DNA of 59,854 bases, counting the filler, from Jimgerdemannia flammicorona (taxonomy: Eukaryota), in the NCBI GenBank assembly GCA_003990765.1. It is 2 parts of 2 records of this genome, joined end to end, with 100 filler letters (N's around TTAATTAATTAA, not from the genome) between each part and the next. Parts side by side here need not be neighbours in the genome. Positions count along the whole stretch, not along the records: positions 1 to 29,882 come from RBNJ01000464.1; 1 more part is not named here. One strand, written 5' to 3'. The position numbers were made by a program, and so were the translations under genes. Of the stretch, positions 12,851 through 25,107 are shown in pieces. Each line of letters begins with the position of its first letter. Positions within the stretch are counted from its first letter, which is position 1. Under the pieces are notes generated by a model. That model made no database searches and had not been told where the DNA came from. It was given only the letters and a program-made list of their open reading frames with translations.

Positions 12851-13129
12851 GATTGTGGAGTACTAACCACAACCACCTCAGAGACCTGCCAAATGAACTT
12901 GGCCTGTTTGGCCAAGGCAGCCTGTTGTTATTGCTGTTGAAGTTATTCATGATTCATAGTCAGAAAAGTTTCAAGGGTTGAAAGTAAGAAGGCAAACTGC
13001 CAAGCTTTCAAAATGGCTAAGGGAACTCCATGGGAGCAGGAACACTTTTATTACTATGTTTTATACAAATGTCTCACACATATGTCTTAGACAGATGAAT
13101 TCATAGTTATATATAAAACCACTATTTCT

Positions 13130-16100
13130 AAGATAAATAAAGTATGCCATCACTTTCTAGACAGCAGAAATCAACTCTGAAATGGTCCAAGACCAAGCAA
13201 AGCTTAGTCTAAGATATACATATAGGGCTTTCTAAAAATAGCTGGTAAATTTTAGATCTTAGTCATTAACAATAATCTTAGGAAGACTATAATAGTAAAA
13301 AAATTTATCAAACAAGAGTGTGGCTATATCTAATACTGTTGCAGTAGTAGTAGTAGATATGAAATGAGCTTGTTTACTGAGATAGTTCATAAAGACAACA
13401 ATTGTATCTTTCTTATTCTTAGTTTAGGGGTAGTTATATGATAAAGTCTATAGAGATTTTTTCACAATTAGCAGCTGGTACTAAGATAGAGTAGAGTAGG
13501 CCAGGTTTTGCTAATATTGAGAACTTGTTGTATTGGTAAATATTACAGGAAGTAATATAGATCTTTAGTTAATCTGCTATACAGAACCAATAGAAGTTTT
13601 GGGAAATAACTTCATAGCATTTGTCAAATTCTAAATATCTAGCTATAGGGGCATTATGATATTCAAATAAAATAGTCCTTTAGAGATCTTGATTATTAGG
13701 AATATATAATCTATTCTTGTAGTAGATGGTATATCTTTCAGTTGGTATTGATGATACTGAGAGTACTTGTCAATATTATTATTGCTCAGAATTTCTCAGA
13801 GTACTTGAGCTTTTTTATCATCAGTACATACTGTAATAATTTGTTCAATAATAAAGTTGGTAACCAAGGTGAGGGTTTGGATAACTTCTTTGATTAGTGA
13901 TCTGGAAATTACATCAGTAATAATATTCTCCTTACTAGGGCAATACTGAATTTCATAGTCAAAGTTAGTAAGAACTTTCATCTATCTGGCTTGCTTTTAG
14001 GAAAGAGTAACCTAGATCTTGATATTGACTAATGATTTGTAGTCTATCAGTACTGTGAAGTATGCTTCTTTGAGATAAAATTACTATTTGATCAGAGTAT
14101 CTATAATGGCTAGCATTTCCTTCTTATAGATTGTATAGTTGATTTTGACATCATTGAACTTTTGAGAATAGTAGACCACAGAGTGTCCTTCTTGCATGAG
14201 TACTGCTCCAAGAGCTAGGTCAAAGACATTAGTAGTAACTTTATAAGGTAGGACAGAGTTTGCTACTTAAAGTACTAGAGTAGTTATTAAGATATCTTTC
14301 AGTACTTAAAAGGCTGTGTCTTATTCAGGTTCCCAATTTACAAGATTGTTAAAGTCTTTTTCTTACTTTGCAGTCCAAGACTATTCTTTTTTTTTTACTA
14401 TACTTAGTTATTTGAGTGAGAGCAGTAGTGATCTTGGTAAAGTTTACTACAAATTATTGGTAGTAGTTTGCTAGTCCCAGGAATGACTGGAGGTTCTTTA
14501 GCTTCTTGGGTCTGAGCCAATCCTTGATTGCAGAGATTTTGCTAGAGTCTACTTTGATTATATTAGGAGTGACAATGTGTCTAAGGAATTGAATTTTCTT
14601 CAGAAGGAATTCACATTTACTGAGTTTTACAAAGAGTCAGTTTTCTTAAAGCTTCAGTAGTATTAGTTCAAGGTGTTCAAGATGTTCTGCTGAAAACTAG
14701 GATATCATCAATATAGACAATAATAAATTTGTCTAGGTAGAGGTGTAGGATGATATTCATTAGTATCTGGAAGATTGTAGAAGCATTATTTAAGCTAAAA
14801 GGCATAACCAGAAACTCAAAATATCCATAGTGAGTTTAGAAGACTGTCTTGTAGATATTTTCTTCTTTCATAGCAATTTGCCAGTAACTATTTTACAGGT
14901 CAAAAGATCTCATAAATTGTAGATTAGTAAGTCTATCAAATATTTTATCAATTTAGAGTAGTGGGTAATAGTTCTTAATGATCTGTTCATTGAGGTTACA
15001 GTAATTAATATATATTTGTAGATTTTCTCTTTTCTTAACAATAAAGAGGACTAGTATACCATAGAGTGATATACTGGATCTAATGAATTCTTATTCTAAG
15101 AGTTTATCAATCTTTTTCTTGAGTGTATTAATTTCCCTAGAAACATATAATAGATTGACTTGAATACAGACTTAGCATCTAAGATGGTCTTAATGGTATA
15201 GTCTACTACTCATTTAGGTGGTAGGCCTTTTGGGAGTTTCTTTGGAAATATATCTTGAAATTTCTGAAGTAGTAGTCTGATATAGCTATTGACTTTAGAA
15301 AAGTCTTCTTTAAGATTTTCAGGTTCTTCTTTGGATAGGTAGATAGAGATAGCAAAGAGAGAGCATATTTTAGCTAGTTTCTTGAGTTATAGCTTGTTTA
15401 TATGGGTAATCTTTAGGCCAGGGTTACTAGAACTGAGTGGGTCTTTTTTATCTTATAGTTTGAAATTGTGGTATTTTTTCTTAATGGTCAGAGAATAGTT
15501 TATCTAATTGATCATGAGTTTTTTTTGTTTTAATCATAGAGTCCTAAAGATAATTTTATTATTAGAAAGTAGTACAATCTGAAGTGTAATATATACTCAG
15601 TAGTCACCAATTCAGAAGGGTAGATTGTGGACTTCCTTACTAATGATATGAGAGATTTTATCAGCTATAGCAACTACTTGAGTCTATTATACCAGAGAGG
15701 TCAGGACCTTGAGTCTGTTGGCTGTTTCTTCATTAATGAAATTGCCTGAGATACTGCTATCTATCATAATCTTAATAGATGCTCAGTTGACAAAAGCTTG
15801 GAGTATAAGTAGTTTGTCTGATATAATAGTGATAATTTTAGTTATAAGAGCTTTCCTTCTATTGGTTCTCCTTTGGGTCAGTTCATTGACATAAGAGAAG
15901 TAATCATCAATTATTCAGAAAGAGTACATTCTAATACTATAAGAGTATCAGCTACTTGGTATATATCTATCTTCAATTTTCTTATAGAATTATTCTTTCT
16001 TATTTATAGTGGGTTGGGCTAGAGTCTTGTTTGATGAGCTAAATCTTTTTAATCCTTGGATAGTAGGTAGTAGTTCAGGGACTTTTTTGATTATTAGAGT

Positions 16101-19100
16101 TGATTCAATTTTCTCAAATAGGATCTGAGCAATACAGAAACCAATAGAGATCTTAAATGGTGTCTAACTATGATTTCAGATGAGAATAATGATTTCATCT
16201 ATATAATCTTCATCAATGATTCCACTTTCCACTGAGAGTTCTTTTAATGCTAAGCTGCTATAACCATATATTCTTCTAATATGTTCTTCAGAAATTTGAA
16301 TACTAATCTCTATATAGACTTACTTGACTTCTTGATTGGAAACTATAGCTTCTTCAGCTATATATAGGTCATATCTAGCTGCTTTTTGACTTCTTTTGAT
16401 TGGGGCCTTTGCAGTTGGTCTTAACTTGACAAAGTCTAGTATTTTGGTAGTCAGATTATTGAGGTGATATAGGGTAGTAACAGTTACTTATATTGCTGTT
16501 TGGAGTTTTCAATTAAGGCAAACACTGGCCATATGTCCTGTCTTTTGGTAATAGAAGTATACTCCATTTTTTCAGAGTTCATTTCTTTCTCCTATAGTAA
16601 GTTTCTTGAAGATACTTGGCTGAGTAGATTCAGAATTTTGAAGTGTCTAAGAGGTAGATATAGAGAGAGCTTGAAATGTTTTATGCTTGAGTTCTTCTTT
16701 ATTGGTCTTAGTTTTTTCCTTGTTATTAAATTATCTTTGAGATAGAATTGGTCTAGCTATTAAGATTCACTTGACTATAGTCTTGATTTTTGCCAGATAC
16801 TATTGTTAGTAATCACAACCAATTGAGTATCTTTGTTCTCAGATTTTTCTTATAAGCTATTCAGATAGTATATCAAATAAATGGTCTGCTCTTATACTAT
16901 TTTATACTTCATCATTGGTAATATATCCTAAACTAATAGTATTTAGGAGTAACTCAAGTTTTATATAGAAGATTTTGAATTCTTCTTTATCATATATATC
17001 AAATTTGAGGTTGTAGAGTTTTACTTGAGATTCAGCAATCAGAGTTTTGCTACAGTATTGAGCAATTATGAGTTATTTGAGTCCAGGGGCTATAGGATGA
17101 TCTCTATATCCTAGGGCATTATTTGCTATATTTTGAGTAATAACTGCAGGTCAGGTATTCTATGTGAGGGATTTTTCAGAAAAGGTTCACTACTATTCTT
17201 TGGCAGGTCCTCAGAAGAATATAACAACTTGATAAATATAGGCCATAGTAGTAGCAAAGAGTTGTTCTAGAGTATAGTCTTAATTGTTTGTCAAAAGACA
17301 GTCAGTAACTCATTTATTAGTCTATTGGTTGACTTCAAAGTTGATATTAACTATATTAATAAAGTTTTGGACTTCCTGTGTAGTACTATTGAAGGTAGGT
17401 AGACTTAGACTTTTTGTTAGTTGAGTCTGTTCAGCTAAGGCAATAATGGTTGCTGCCATTATGGCTACCTGGGCTATAAGGTCTAGAATCTATTGGTTTG
17501 CTATATTGTTTACTAGAGATAGTTGGACTACTAGTAATGATATTACTGATACAACTTGAGATACTAATGCAGAGTGTGATAGTATTCTTTGAGTCTATAT
17601 AAGTTACTAAAGTAACTATTGTGAATCTAAAGTAAGGGCTTAATAGATAACTATCTATTGTCCTGTAGGTATATTTTGTCCTAAGAGAAGTATATCTCCT
17701 TTAGTAGTATATCTGAGATTGAATTCACTGAGATACTTCTTCTTCTCTTCACTTTGGTCCCTATGTAATTGAGTTTGCTCAGTATCAAAGTAGATAGTAT
17801 TAGTTGTATATCAGATTTCTGATAAGCTTAATTCAAAAGCTAGTTCTGGTTCAGTATTGATTTCAGTTTCAGATAAGATTATAGCTTAGCCTGCTTCTGG
17901 TTCAGAGTCAGGTTGTTGATGAAGGGTTTCTCTTACTTTTTCTTTAAGAATATAGCAGATCTTGTAATTCTGAAAGTAGTAATATAAGGCAGTCTTGGTC
18001 CTGATATAGTGAAAGTCAGTAGAGGTGAGCTACTTAGCTATAGAGACTTGGGCTTTATAAGGAAAGATAGCTATTGGTTATTCTAGATTACTCAGATTTA
18101 TAAAGCTAATAAAACTCTTATTGAGAAGAGTAAAGAAGGTTTCTATAAGACCTTCTTCATCTTGACTTTTGGAGTATAGAGCAGGAGTTTGGTGTATAGA
18201 GTTTTACCTATCTGCTGATTTAATTGGAGTCTTTCTTTTTTTGGATGAAGTCTGTCTCACTTGTTATAGGTATAGAGGTCAAATTGTTCTTGTATATCAG
18301 ATTCAATTCTCTCTAGATTGTCAGATGGTTCAGAATGAATTCCAGTTCAGAGATTGGACTTTATACTAACTTGTAGAAATTCTTATAAAGATTTATAATA
18401 GAGTGAGAAAGCATCTTGAAGTAAAATTGAATTGTAAACTGCTGCTACCAAGTTATAAGAAGGTTACTTATAAGTACCATTACATAGTTCTGGAAGAGTT
18501 TTCTAGAAGTTTTGGATATTCTGGAAGACTATTTTCTTAAGGTCAAGATCAATTTCATATAGAGTATATTCTCTATACTTATTGATTTTTAGATCAGATT
18601 GATATCTCAACCAAAGTCTCTTTTTGGACTAGTTCTAGATATTCAGGATTTTTCATATTTCAGAAAGTTTAAGAAACTAAGACCAGCTTAGTTGGATTAG
18701 CATATCACTACAAATAATATCTAATTAAGAAATTTCATAATATAGTTAAGAGTGAGATCTAATAGGGTTCAGATTCACTTAAGAGTAGTTTGTTAGTTAT
18801 TAAATAGGTTTATTCACTATTCATAATATTACTATACTAGGAGTAGTTATATGAAGGAATATTGTAGAGAAGTATTCAGAGATTATTGTGTATTCAGATC
18901 TATTTAAGTCTCTATTTCTAAGGTCTAATGAAAGGAGTATTTATACTAATGGGAGGCTGTCTGAACTATACTAATTATAGATATAGCACTTAGTGCCTTG
19001 CAGAGTTAGAATATAGTTATATAGTATAAGTGTGAACTGATATGTCAAGATATCATCTGGCTGCTAAGTTAATATACAGTTATATCATATGAGACTAATC

Positions 19101-19410
19101 TAACTATACTAATGACTGCTAAGCTATCTATAGATTTAGATACTATCTAGGTAGTCTTCAATGACATTACTATTAATGACATCATCTCTGATAAAGTAGT
19201 TATCTAGGAAGAGTGATTCTTGGATTACTTCTCTCTATTTACTTAGATAATAATATATTAGAACTATATCACTATCCTACAGAATACATAGTATTATCTA
19301 TTTTATATGCTGGGTAAGATGTCAGTAGGTAGAGAAGGGGTGAATTATCTTTACTTTCATCAGATTTGCTGTCTGTATACCTTTTATAGGTAACAGTACT
19401 ATATATTGCT
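13130..19410 (-). mobile_element. Ty3/Gypsy retrotransposon copy B: 5' LTR - PBS - gag - dUTPase - PR - RT - RNase H - INT (3' truncated), degenerate
   Basis: LTR ~18452-19410; PBS TGGTAGCAGCAG at 18439-18450; degenerate gag knuckle GVYFYYQKTGHMASVC (~16520-16565); dUTPase 16020-16440; protease ILIMIDSSISGNFI (~15735-15780); IVYIDDILV (~14697-14722); RNase H and FDYEIQYCPSKENIITDVISR (13796-13981); integrase remnants down to ~13130. Confidence 0.92.
16020..16440 (-). pseudogene. Retroelement-encoded trimeric dUTPase domain
   Basis: Translation LDFVKLRPTAKAPIKRSQKAARYDLY...YSSLA...SGIIDEDY...IAQILF...QGLKRFSSS shows the five dUTPase motifs in order, mutated. Confidence 0.9.
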
Positions 19411-19419
19411 AAGTTGTAG

Positions 19420-20460
19420 TAAGTTAGTGACTATGACTCATTTTGTTTATACTTTGGAGGTGGGGTTGTTGGTTTAATCTCAAGAGTTGTCTGGAGATAT
19501 AGGTTGTATTCTCTGGTCTCTTCATTGTAGTTGAAGTAATCAGACATAAATATAGATTAGTACTTATACCAGTAGTCATTATCTCAAGTTTATCAGCAAA
19601 GTTGATAGGGTGATCAGGACTAGTAGAGATCCTCAGCTGGAGGTTATGTCATTATCAGAGAGATTATTAGCTTCTACTTTATCATTATTGAACTAAATTA
19701 TATTATAGATATTCTTTATGGTATATCCAACTTAGGGTATTTGTAAGATATGGTCATCAGAGTACAGGAAGATTCTCTCTGTAGTTTGAACATACTCAAT
19801 ATACTTATGGTTGAGTTCTTATATTATATCATCAATTTGGCCATAGTATAGAGGGGTAACTATTTCAGCAGTATTAACTTGGAGACAGAGAATAAAGATG
19901 CTATACTTATAAAAGAGTTCTCAGTATTTATGAGTGATGAGTTTCTGGTGTTGAGACATCTGGGTAATATTTATATTATAATAGTATTCAACTATATCTT
20001 CTAGGAGATAGTCAATCTGATAGTAGCTTGAGATTTGTCCAATTCAGTGGACTTTACTGAGCATGTTCAGGGTATTTCATCAGACTTCTACAAAGTAGAG
20101 AGGTGCTAGGCTATGAATATTCATGAGGGGTAGAGAAGGTGTGGCTCAGTTGATAAGGATATTCCAAATATCAGTATGGATATAGTTATGGATCTCAGTA
20201 GTCATATTTATATATATGTTTAAGAGTTGTAGTTATTTATTTGGTTTGTTGTGGTTCTCTATTTTGATGTATTTAAGTACTCAGTATATATATATTTAGT
20301 CCTGATTGATAAGGTTCTGTTTGTATAAATCTTGTATTCCATGACTTTGGATTGACTCAGTTTTGTATTCTGTAACTTCATTTTAACTCAGCTTCATAAT
20401 CTTATATATGATTTTTGGATTTATTCAGAGAGTGATGTGTAATTTCAGTAGCTTAAAGAT
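19420..20460 (-). repeat. About 1-kb repeated segment lying immediately before an LTR on the minus strand (putative 3' internal region of the Gypsy family)
   Basis: Near-duplicate at ~23500-24575. Both copies abut the start of the LTR sequence. Confidence 0.7.
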
Positions 20461-20479
20461 TGTGTACTTATATCTTTGG

Positions 20480-22005
20480 CTATATCTAGCTACCCTTTGA
20501 CTTTCTTTAGTTGGGGCAGTAGTAGTTAGCCTTAACTTAATAAAGTTTAGTATCTTAGTAGTCAGGTTATTGAGGTAATGTAAAGTAGTAATAGTTATTT
20601 ATATTACTGTTTGGAGTTTTTAGTTGAGGCAGACACTGGCCATATGTCTTGTCTTTTAGCAATAAAAGCATACTCTGCTTCTTTGAAGTTTATTTCTTTC
20701 TCCTTTGGTGAGTTTCTTAAAGGTACTTAGCTAAGTGGGCTCAGAATTTTGAAGTGTCTAAGAGGTAGATATAGAGAGAGCTCAGAATGCTTTATACTTG
20801 GGTTCTTCTTTCTTGGTCCAAGTTTTTTCCTTGTTATTAAATTAACTTCAAGGTAGAATTGGTCTAGCTGTTAGAATTCACCTAACTATAGTCTTGATTC
20901 TTGCCAGATACTATTGTTGGTAATTATAACCAACTGGGTGTTCTTGTTCTCAGATCTTTTTTGTGAGTCAGTTTGATAATATATTAAATAAATAGTCTGC
21001 TCTTATACCATTTTGTACTTTATTATTAGTAATATATTCTAGATCAATAGTATTTAGGAGTAACTCAAGTTTTGTACAGAAGGTTTCAAATTCCTCCTTA
21101 TCATGTATATCAAATTTGAGATTGCAGAGTTTAACTCAAGATTCAGTAATCAGAGTTTTACTGAAATATTGAGCAATTATGAGTTGTTTGAGTTCAGGGG
21201 CCACAGAGTGGTCTTTATATCCTAAGGTATTATTTGCTGTATTTTGGACAATGACTGTAGGTCAGATGTTCCATATGAGAGGTTTTTTGAGAAGAGTTTA
21301 CTACTATTCTTCAGTAGGTCCTTAAAAGAATATAACAACTCAATAGATATAGGCTATAGTTATAGCAAGAGTTATTCTAGAGTATGGTCTTAATTATTTG
21401 TTAGAAGGTAGTCAACAACTCACTTATTGGGCTTCAAAATTGATATCATCTATATTAATAAAGCTTTGGACTTCTTTTGTAGTACTATTAAAGATAAGTA
21501 GGCTCAGACTTTTTATTAATTGGGTCTGTTTGGCTAAGGTAGTAATAGTTGCTACTATTATAGCTATCTGAGCTATGAGGTCTAAAATCTGTTAGTTTGC
21601 TATATTTTTTACTAGAGACAGTTGGACTACTAATAGTAGGGTTACTGATATGACTTGAGATACTGATGCAGAGTATGATGGTATTCTTTGAGTCTATGTA
21701 AGTTACTGAAGTAACTGTTATAGGTCTGATAAAGGCTTGATAGATAACTATCTGTTGTTCTGTAGATGTGTTTTATTCTAAGAGAAGTATATCTCTTTTA
21801 GTAGTATATATATCTAGGATCAAATTTACTGAGATACTCCTTCTCTTCTTTACTTGGGTTCTCTTGTAGTTGAGTTTATTCAGCATTAAAGTAAATAGTA
21901 TCAGTTGTATATTAGATTTCAGATGAGCTTAATTTGAAAGCTGGTTCTGGTTCAATATTGGTTTCAGTTTCAGATAGAGTTGAAGCTAGACCTGCTTCTA
22001 ATTTG
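20480..22005 (-). mobile_element. Gypsy copy C fragment (gag and the start of dUTPase)
   Basis: Colinear duplicate of ~16370-17910. Confidence 0.85.
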
Positions 22006-22006
22006 A

Positions 22007-23420
22007 GATCTTACCCAGCATATAATACAGATAATGCTATCTTATAAGATAGTAATATGGTCCTAACTTACTACTATATGAATAAATAAGAAGATGTAAT
22101 CCAAGAACCACTCTTCTTAGACAACTACTTTATCAGAGATGATGTCATTGATGATAACCTTATTGAAGACTATCCAGATAGTATCTAAATCTATAAATAG
22201 CTTAGCAGTCATTAGTATAGTTAGATTAGCCTTATATAATGTAACTATATAATGACTCAGCAATTAGATGATCTCTTGATATTTCAGTTCACACTTGTAC
22301 TATGTAACTATATTTTGACTCAGCAAGGCATTAAGTACTATATCTATATTTAGTCCAGATAGCCCCTATTAGTATAAATATCCTCTCCTCCAGACCTCAG
22401 AAACTCAGACTCAAATAGATAAAAAACAGACAAAAACAACTCCTAAATACTTCCCCACAATATCCCTGCAAACACTACTCCTAGTATAGCAATATTATGA
22501 ATAGTGAATAAATCTATTTAATAACTCACAAACCACTCTTAAGTAAATCTGTACTTCATTAAGTCCTACTCTTAACCATATCATAAAATTTTCTAATTAG
22601 ATATTGTCTGTAGTAATATACTAATTCAATTAAGCTAGTTTTAGTTTCTTGAACTTTCTGAAATATAGAAAATCCTAAACATCCAGAACTAGTCTGAAAA
22701 AGGACTTTAGTTGAGATATTAACCTGATCTTGAAATCAATAAGTATAGAGAATATACTCTATATGAAATTAATCTTAACCTAAAGAAAATAGTCTTCCAG
22801 AATATCTAGAACTTCTAGAAAACTCCTTCAGAACTATGTAATGATACTCTAATAAAGTAATCCTTTTACAACTTAGTAGTAGTAGTTTATAATCCAATTC
22901 TACTTTATAATGCTTTCTCATCTAGTTACAACTCCTTACTAAAATTTCTATAAGTTAATATAAAGCCCAACCTCTGAACTGGAATTTATTTTAAACCATC
23001 TGATAATTTAGAGAGAATTGAACCTAATATATAAGGATAATTTGACCTCTATATCTACAACAAGTGAGACAGACTTCATCTGTAAAAAAAAGTACTCTAG
23101 TTAAATCAGCAGATAGATAAAACTCTATATATCAAACTCCTTGCTCTATACCCCATAAGTCAAGATAAAGAAGATCTTATTGAAGTCTTCTTTACTCTTC
23201 TCAACAAGAGTCTTATTAGCTCTATGAATCTGAGTGACCTAGGATAACCAGCAGCTATCTTTCTAGCCTTAGTTCTTTATAAAGCCTGAGCCTCTATAGC
23301 CAAGTGGCTTAATACTACTGACTATCACTATACCAGAACCAAAACTATCTTATACTACTATTTTTAGAATTGCAAGGCCTATCATATTCTGAAAGAAAAA
23401 GCCAGAGAAACTCTTTAGAT
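22007..23420 (+). mobile_element. Inverted Gypsy fragment: partial LTR, PBS and 5' leader
   Basis: Reverse complement of ~17930-19320. The LTR ends ...TTACA at ~22869, followed by a degenerate PBS ACTTAGTAGTAG. Confidence 0.82.
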
Positions 23421-23429
23421 AGAGAAAGA

Positions 23430-24575
23430 GTTCATTATCTTCACTTTTATTGAATTCACTATCTATATATCTTCTATAAGTAACAGTGCTATGAGTTACA
23501 GGGTTGTAGTATATTGATAGCTATATTTTGTTTCATTTATACTTAGGAGGTGGAGTTGTTGATTCAATCTCAAGAGTTGTTTAAAGATACAGGTTATATT
23601 CTCCAGTCTCTTCATTATAGTTGAAGTAGTTAAGTATAAATGTAAGTTGATATTTATACTAGTAGTTATTATTCCAATAGGTCTTATAGGTGGTTATGAA
23701 CTATTGTAAGTTTATTAGCAAAGTTAGTGAGATAATTAGGACTGACAGGGATCCTTAACTAGAGGTTATATCAGTATTAAAGAGATTGTTGTCTTCTGCT
23801 TTATTATTATTAAACTGAATTATATTATAGATATCTTTCATGATATATCTAACTTAGGGTATTTGCAGAATATAATCATTAAAGTACAGAAAGGTTCTGT
23901 CTGTAGTTTGAATATACTCAATATACTTGTAGTTGAGTTTTTATATCATATTACCAATTTGGTTATAGAATAGGATAGTAACTATTTCAGTAATAGTAAC
24001 TTGGAGGTAGAAAATAAAGGTACTATACTTATAAAAGAGTTTTTGATATTTACAGATAATAAGTTTTCAGTATTGAGATATCTGGATAATGTCTATATTA
24101 TAGTGATATTTGACTATATCTTCTAAAAGGTAGCTGATCTAATAGTAGTTTGAGATTTGTTCAATTTGGTAGGCTTTGCTGAGTATATTCAGAATATTTT
24201 ATCAGACTTCTATAAAGAGATACTAAGCTATGAGAGGCAGAAAGTATAGCTTGATTGATAATAGTATTCTAAATATTAGTATAGATATAGTTGTAGATCT
24301 TGGTGATCATAGCTATATATATGTTCAAAAGTTGTGGTTATTTATTTAGTTTATTATAATTCTCTATTTTGATATATCTGAGTACTTAGTATATATATAT
24401 ATTTAGTCCTAATTAGTAAAATTCCATTTATATAAATCTTGTATTCTGTGACTTCAAGTTAACTCAGCTTTGTACTCTATAACTTTGGTTTGACTCTGCT
24501 TCATAATCTTGCATATGATTTCTAAATTTATTTTAAGAGTGATATGTGATTTTAGTGACTTGGAAGTTATACACT
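23430..24575 (-). repeat. Second copy of the 3' internal segment plus LTR start
   Basis: Duplicate of ~19340-20460. Confidence 0.75.
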
Positions 24576-25107
24576 TATATATATAAAAAGCTAAGGAAGA
24601 CATTAATAGAAATATTATACTTATCTATAAGAAAAGCTGACAATGAACTGATAGCAACTTGAGTGGACAAAAATGAGATAGCAGTAATTTGGGTAGATAA
24701 GGACAAGAAAGAACTGATAATAGCTTGAGATATATAACAAAAATAGGTCAGTAATAACTTCAGACAATTAAGACAGATGAATAATAGCTTAGCTGGACAA
24801 TAAGGTAATAGCAAGGATATAGTCACACCATCTGGTGATAGTGGTAGCTGGTGTGGGCATAAAAGTATTAGAAATAGCTAAGGAAGATGAAGTAGAAGAA
24901 AGAGATGACATTGTAGATATATGAAGTTGCGCGAAATTCGCATATATATAAGCCACAGAAAATATTGTTGTCAAGGAGATTAGGGGCTCAAAAAAGGCCT
25001 TGATCTGGGCCCAGTTAGTAATGATGGACCCATACCTCAAGGTACTCAAAATCTTTTTTTACAGCCAAATCGGCGTACCTCAGTGACAAGAATTACGCAA
25101 AACAGAA

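Larger units (their letters stand above)
6867..12865 (+). mobile_element. hAT-superfamily DNA transposon (about 6.0 kb)
   Basis: Perfect 8-bp TSD ACCACAAC at 6859-6866 and 12866-12873. Degenerate TIRs (TAGTGTATTGCAACCC / GGGATTGTGGAGTACTA). Inverted subterminal repeat arrays. hAT transposase pseudogene inside. Confidence 0.93.

Noticed and set aside
24575..25049. Short minus-strand ORFs next to RPA49
   Set aside because: AT-rich, CpG-poor, repeat-like edge with no recognisable domain.
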